Positions 59,191 to 64,000 of a stretch of 64,000 nt of DNA are shown piece after piece. Below the pieces are notes generated by a model, which worked only from the letters and a program-made list of their open reading frames with translations, was not told the origin of the DNA and searched no databases. Location: positions 416,001 through 480,000 of the forward strand of contig CAVSGO010000003.1 of NCBI GenBank assembly GCA_963727525.1, read 5' to 3'. Every line of letters begins with the position of its first letter. Positions within the stretch are counted from its first letter, which is position 1. Position numbers and translations under genes: made by a program. The DNA comes from an uncultured bacterium (GTDB lineage: Bacteria > Krumholzibacteriota > Krumholzibacteriia > LZORAL124-64-63).

Positions 59191-60413
59191 GTGCCAAGAA
59201 GAATGTTGACGAGGCTTCGCACCGAGATCTCGCCCGCTAGGCCCGACTTTCTCACTACGCGGCGTACGTCAGCACGTGCCTCCGGTTCACCTTCAATGGC
59301 CGCGTCTCGACCCGTCGCCAGTAGTAGTCATCCCACAACGGCGGCAACTCGATATGCGACACGAACAGCCGCCGCGACAACACCTCCTCCTCGGTCAAAG
59401 GCTTCGTGGCGATCCCGATCTGCATCGCCGGCGTGCTCCAGCACCGCTTCTCCCGACGCAACTTGATCGTGTTGCGCCACACCAGGAAGATCGCCAGCCG
59501 GTAGATCGAATGCTGGCGTCGCTTCCCGAACGCGATCGTCTCCCGCGTGTGGTCTTTCAGACAATGCCGCAGCAACATGTCCAGCAAGTTGACCTCGAAC
59601 AACGGGTTGCGACTCGTCCGCGGCTGACGGGAGTCGATCGTCTCGTGGATCACCTTGCAATACCGTAGCTTCGCGATCGCGTAGGGATAGGTCTTGTGCT
59701 TGTCGCTCCAGATGTGGGCCTCGGTGGCGCCGTCGAGCGAGACCGAGAGCACCTCGAGCAGCGCCCGCATCAACGACCTGGGGTCCGGCCGGCCATAGTT
59801 TTGTTCAAAGAGGGACCGTTTCCATTTCTGCTCGTCGGTCATCGCCCCGCTGCGTCGTCGCTCGGCCTCGGCGAAGTGGATGATGAAGCTGGAGCGGCGA
59901 TCGACGGCCGCGACGATCTCGTAGGGGAAATACTGGGAGTGCTCGAAGGTGACGAGCCCGTCGATGGCGATGTCCACGAAGGGTGACGCCTGGGACACCA
60001 GGTGTCGATGGAAGAGGATGCAGTGTCGGCCGAGGCGGGCGAGGAGGTTGTCGACGGTCGTCGGCGAGGTGTCGAGGAGCCTGGCGATCTGGCGATTGGC
60101 GGCGCCAGAGACGGCGTGCTTATGGACCTTGGGCAGGAGATCGGCGCGTTTGAGCCAGTATGTGGTACGGAAGGTCTGGTCTGAGCAGGTTCTGCCGCAG
60201 GCCAGGCAGAGGTAGCGTTGGACGGTGTAGGGTGGGGATTTTCGGGAGAAGGTGCCGAAGAGCGCGAAGGGCCAGGGTTGCGGCTGAGGCTTGTGGTATT
60301 TGCAGTTAGGGTTGGGGCAGTGGGGAGGAAGCGTAGGGCATGAAGTGAGTGTTTTGATGTTCATGAAGACGGGTCCAGGCAAGCGCTGGACCCGTCAACA
60401 TTCTTCGTGGCAC
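59191..60413 (-). mobile_element. Insertion sequence copy 2 (1223 bp)
   Basis: Same TIRs as copy 1. GTT direct repeats at 59188-59190 and 60414-60416. Confidence 0.9.
59255..60382 (-). CDS. Transposase (copy 2)
   Basis: 375 aa, with about 9 substitutions relative to copy 1 by manual comparison. Confidence 0.85.
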   Translation of the reverse strand: MPGPVFMNIKTLTSCPTLPPHCPNPNCKYHKPQPQPWPFALFGTFSRKSPPYTVQRYLCLACGRTCSDQTFRTTYWLKRADLLPKVHKHAVSGAANRQIARLLDTSPTTVDNLLARLGRHCILFHRHLVSQASPFVDIAIDGLVTFEHSQYFPYEIVAAVDRRSSFIIHFAEAERRRSGAMTDEQKWKRSLFEQNYGRPDPRSLMRALLEVLSVSLDGATEAHIWSDKHKTYPYAIAKLRYCKVIHETIDSRQPRTSRNPLFEVNLLDMLLRHCLKDHTRETIAFGKRRQHSIYRLAIFLVWRNTIKLRREKRCWSTPAMQIGIATKPLTEEEVLSRRLFVSHIELPPLWDDYYWRRVETRPLKVNRRHVLTYAA

Positions 60414-60414
60414 G

Positions 60415-62772
60415 TTATTTGACAAGCGTCACCCGCGTGGCCGCCACGTGTGCGCCTTGCTTCACATAGGCGACGTACACGCCCGACGGTAGCGCGCGTC
60501 CGTGCCCGTCCTGCCCCTGCCACGTGACCTGCTGCGGGCCCGGTGCGTCGGCGCGCACCGCGCGGCTCCATACCTGACGGCCGTCGAGGCTGAAGATGCG
60601 CAGCTCCGCCGGGCCGGCTTGCGGCAGCGAGAAGCGCAGCGTCGTGGTCGGGTTGAACGGATTCGGATAGGCGGTGAGCGGCAGCGTCGGCGACGGTGGA
60701 CCGTCGGCGATGGCGGTCAGCACGATCGCGATAGCCTGGCGGATGCGCAGCTTGCCCGCGCCCCAGCGATCGGGGTCGGCGGTGTAAGCGTCGGTGCCGG
60801 CACCGCCCTGGAGCAGCGCGCGGCAGCGACCGCTCCCGAGGTCGGGATCGAGCTGTTTGAGTAGCGCGACGGCGCCTGCCACGTGCGGGCCGGCTGCGCT
60901 CGTGCCGCCGAAGGACGTGAAGGCGCCGGCGACGAAAGAGTGGGTGCTGTAGGTGACGGAGCCGGGTGCCGCGAGCGCGACGTCGGGGCGGCCGTCGAGA
61001 CGCGGGCCGCCGCCGCTGAAGTCGTTGATGTCGCCATCGCCGGCCGGGTCATAGGCTGCCACGCTGATTGCGGAGTCGGCAGTGGCGGGCCAGGTGACGG
61101 TGTGGGTCTGCACGGGCGCCTGCCACGAGCTGCTCGAGTACCAGCCCGAGGCGTCGTCCCAGAAGTAACCGTGCACGGTCGTCGCCGCGCCACCGCTCAT
61201 GCCGAACTGCCAGGCGCCGACAATCGAGCTGCCACTGGTGCGGTTGAGGCGGATGTCCTGGCGCCGTGTACCCCGCGTCGACGAGCTCAGGTTGCCGTAG
61301 ATGTGGAAGTCGCCCACGTCGATGAAGCTGCCATCGGTGGGGATGGCCACGGTGGCGCCGCCCGGTGGCGTGATGGTCATGGGCACGGCGGAGCCATCGG
61401 TCCAGAGGAAGTCGACCCAGGCGACGCCAGCGGACGCGAAGGTGAGGCTGGTTCCGGCGTTGCCGCCGACGATGGTATGCATCGTGCTCGCCGCGAGGTT
61501 GCCCGCCGGCACCACGATGATGATGCCATCGTTGGCCGCCAGCTCGTTCAGCATGATCTCCGTGTTCGACGAGCCGTCCATGTACTCCCAGGCCCACTCG
61601 CCGTCCTCGATGAGCACGATGTCGGCGCCCTCGTCGCGGGCCCACGCCAGTCCGGCCTCGATGGGCAGCAGGAACGACGGTTCGGCGGCGTAGTCGATCA
61701 TGACCGGGAGCTGCTCCACGTCGGGGGCGATACCCGTCATGGCGTGGCGCCAGGCCCAGCCGCCACCGAAGATGCCGGCCACCGGACCGCCGTGGCCGTA
61801 GTAGTCGCCCTCCGACTGCAGCAGGTCCACGCCGCGCGTGTGCACCACGCCATCGCGACCGTAGATCGCGCGCACCTTGCTCGTGCCCAGGGCGATGAGC
61901 TGCTCGCCGATGTCGAGTACGCCGTCGCCGTCGGTGTCGTCGACGATGAACCACGGTTCGCCATAGCAGGGATCGTTCTCGCCGTAGGTGGGCGGACCAG
62001 AGTCGCGGCTGCCGCTGCCGTTGGTATCGGCGTAGAGGAAGTCGAAAGCCGCGTCGTACTGGCCCGTGCTGTTGCCGTACTGGGTCGTGCCCAGCGCCTC
62101 GACGTAGCGCAGCGACTCGCCGGCGCCCACGCTGCCGTTGCCGTCGAGATCCACGCCATCGCCGGTGGTGACAGTGCCGCTGCCGTCGGCGTCGATCCAG
62201 TCGTAGCGGGGGCCGTCGGCGAAGAAGAACATGGGGTGGTAGTAGAAGACGCCCGTGTCGAAGTCGCTCAGGACGACGCCCGCGCCAGTGAGCGGCAAGC
62301 CGTCGGGATCGAGCACCTGCCAGGCCTGCTCGGCCTCCACCTGGGGACGGCTGCGATAGAGTGGGGGCCGGGGCGCCACGCGCCAGGCGCCGTCGATGGC
62401 GACCACCGCCGGCAGGGCGCTCAGGGCGTCGAGGCTGGCGAAGGGGATGCGCGCGGGGACCACCGTGCGGCTGCCCGCCAGGCCGTGCCCGAAGTCGTAG
62501 AATGTGACACCGAGATCGCGCACCGCGGCGAGGTCGGTCGCAGTAGGCGGCGCGGCGAAGCGGATCGAACCAGGCAACACGTCCTGTCCGGCGATGGCCA
62601 GAGCCTGGGCGTCGCGATCACCCGAGGCGACGCTGGCGGGCGGGGCGATGCGGCCCGCGGCGATCTCCTGCCGCAGGGCGCGCAGGTAGGCGAGGCGGCC
62701 GTCGAGCACGGCGGCGGCGGCGGCCTGGGCGAGGACGATCACGAGGGCGAGGGCGAGGATGCGGCGCAGCAT
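60415..62772 (-). CDS. S8 serine peptidase with Ca-binding-like insert and C-terminal sorting domain
   Basis: SDFDTG, GHGGPVAG and GTSAAGPHVAG motifs. DxDGxG repeats. YPNPFNP tail. AGGAGG RBS. Confidence 0.85.
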   Translation of the reverse strand: MLRRILALALVIVLAQAAAAAVLDGRLAYLRALRQEIAAGRIAPPASVASGDRDAQALAIAGQDVLPGSIRFAAPPTATDLAAVRDLGVTFYDFGHGLAGSRTVVPARIPFASLDALSALPAVVAIDGAWRVAPRPPLYRSRPQVEAEQAWQVLDPDGLPLTGAGVVLSDFDTGVFYYHPMFFFADGPRYDWIDADGSGTVTTGDGVDLDGNGSVGAGESLRYVEALGTTQYGNSTGQYDAAFDFLYADTNGSGSRDSGPPTYGENDPCYGEPWFIVDDTDGDGVLDIGEQLIALGTSKVRAIYGRDGVVHTRGVDLLQSEGDYYGHGGPVAGIFGGGWAWRHAMTGIAPDVEQLPVMIDYAAEPSFLLPIEAGLAWARDEGADIVLIEDGEWAWEYMDGSSNTEIMLNELAANDGIIIVVPAGNLAASTMHTIVGGNAGTSLTFASAGVAWVDFLWTDGSAVPMTITPPGGATVAIPTDGSFIDVGDFHIYGNLSSSTRGTRRQDIRLNRTSGSSIVGAWQFGMSGGAATTVHGYFWDDASGWYSSSSWQAPVQTHTVTWPATADSAISVAAYDPAGDGDINDFSGGGPRLDGRPDVALAAPGSVTYSTHSFVAGAFTSFGGTSAAGPHVAGAVALLKQLDPDLGSGRCRALLQGGAGTDAYTADPDRWGAGKLRIRQAIAIVLTAIADGPPSPTLPLTAYPNPFNPTTTLRFSLPQAGPAELRIFSLDGRQVWSRAVRADAPGPQQVTWQGQDGHGRALPSGVYVAYVKQGAHVAATRVTLVK

Positions 62773-62938
62773 GGGCTCCTCCTGGCGAGCGGGTCGGTGC
62801 AGGCGACTCTTTTAGGATACGTCAACGGGGGTGCTGGAGACAAATGCTGGGCGCGGCGGGCGGACGCGACAACGCTTGAGGATTTCTCGGGGGAAGACTA
62901 GTCTCGCGCACGATGCGTCGGCCCTACGAGGTGGAACC

Positions 62939-64000
62939 ATGACCGCTGCGGATCGCAAGCTTGGCACGTTCCTGGGGGTATTCACGCCGACGATCCTCAC
63001 GATCCTCGGTGTGATCATGTACCTGCGTTTCGGCTGGCTCGTGGGCAACCTCGGTCTGCGACCGGTCCTCGTGATCGTTGTCCTTGCCAACGCCATCACC
63101 ATCGTCACGACGCTGGCGTTTTCCGCTGTCGCCACCAACACCCCGCTCAAGGCCGGGGGAGCCTATTACATCATCTCGCGCAGCCTCGGGATCGAGCTAG
63201 GGGGGGCCATCGGGCTGCCGCTCTTCCTGTCTCAAGCCTTCTCGGTCACGCTCTACGCCTACGGACTCGCCGAGTCCCTGCGCGTCGTGTGGGACGGCGT
63301 GCCCGTGCCGGGCGTCACGGTCGCTGTCGTGCTGCTCGTCGGTGCGCTCGCCTATGCCGGGGCTGCGGGGGCCCTGAGATCGCAGGTGCCGCTCCTCTTC
63401 CTCGTCGGGCTGTCCCTGGTGGCGCTCGCGATCGGCGCGACGGCCCGGGCGGGACTTCATCCCCTGGCGGCCGCCACGGGCGCCGGCTCGGTCGGCTTCT
63501 GGCAGGGGTTCGCGGTCTTCTTTCCGGCGGTCTCGGGCATCATGGCCGGCCTGGGGCTTTCCGGCGATCTCCGCAACCCGGCGCGGTCGGTCCCGCTGGG
63601 GGCTTTGGCCGCCGTGGGGACGGGACTGGTCGTCTACCTTGTGGTACCCGTTCTGCTGGTCATGGGTGCGGATCCGCAGGTGCTGAGCGAGGATCCGCTC
63701 GTCTGGACGAGGATCGCGCCGCTCGGCGCGTGGCTCGTGATGCCGGGGCTCTGGGCAGCGATCTTCTCGTCCGCGGTCGGCTCGATTCTCGGGGCGCCGC
63801 GGACGCTGCAAGCTCTGGCGAGCGATGGACTCGCGCCACGGATCTGCGCGCGACAGACCGGCAGCCGGAACGATATCGTGCCTTCGCTCATCGTGACGCT
63901 CATCATCGCGCTCGCCGCGGTCCTGCTCGGCAATCTGAACGCCGTGGCGGCTGTGGTCACGATGTTCTTTCTGACGGTCTACGGGACGCTGAATATCGTA
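62939..64000 (+). CDS. Cation-chloride cotransporter (SLC12-like) / amino acid permease, 3' partial
   Basis: Not in the ORF track. Manual translation gives MTAADRKLGTFLGVFTPTILTILGVIMYLRFGW...GGAYYIISRSLG...FAVFFPAVSGIMAG...SGDL. Confidence 0.88.
   Translation, partial: MTAADRKLGTFLGVFTPTILTILGVIMYLRFGWLVGNLGLRPVLVIVVLANAITIVTTLAFSAVATNTPLKAGGAYYIISRSLGIELGGAIGLPLFLSQAFSVTLYAYGLAESLRVVWDGVPVPGVTVAVVLLVGALAYAGAAGALRSQVPLLFLVGLSLVALAIGATARAGLHPLAAATGAGSVGFWQGFAVFFPAVSGIMAGLGLSGDLRNPARSVPLGALAAVGTGLVVYLVVPVLLVMGADPQVLSEDPLVWTRIAPLGAWLVMPGLWAAIFSSAVGSILGAPRTLQALASDGLAPRICARQTGSRNDIVPSLIVTLIIALAAVLLGNLNAVAAVVTMFFLTVYGTLNIV

Noticed and set aside
15542-60413. Composite transposon bounded by the two IS copies
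   Set aside because: Each copy has its own GTT duplication, the copies have diverged, and the roughly 42 kb between them looks like ordinary chromosome. Independent insertions are more likely.
1255-62901. Many long antisense or alternate-frame ORFs (e.g. 1255-3210, 4946-7360, 25941-28157, 37990-40443, 60883-62901)
   Set aside because: They are shadows of real genes in high-GC DNA, with Arg/Gly/His-rich translations and no motifs.

Overview
High-GC bacterial chromosomal window. The gene style suggests an FCB-group candidate phylum such as Ca. Krumholzibacteriota/Latescibacteria (inference). Housekeeping-type blocks: TPR-ExbB-ExbD-ExbD-TonB; a Rieske/cytochrome b operon completed by a membrane-anchored nonaheme cytochrome c; a glgM-like/glgE/treS-mak alpha-glucan operon; ClC, YeiH and SLC12-like transporters. 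The dominant feature is 11 signal-peptide proteins sharing a C-terminal PNPF...G(V/T)Y Ig-like (FlgD_ig / T9SS type A-like) sorting domain. Their cargo is a hexaheme cytochrome, two S8 proteases, a C25 protease, a GH85, an EEP nuclease, an alpha/beta hydrolase, beta-propellers, an Omp28-like protein and one unknown domain. Two other secreted proteins end instead in a short TWSx(I/L)Kx(L/M)(Y/W) tail. Two 1223-bp copies of an IS1/IS1595-like element have 21-bp TIRs, and both sit in a GTTA site with a GTT duplication. Several intergenic spaces hold internally deleted gene relics. I saw no rRNA, tRNA or CRISPR array. All product calls come from motif recognition, not database searches.
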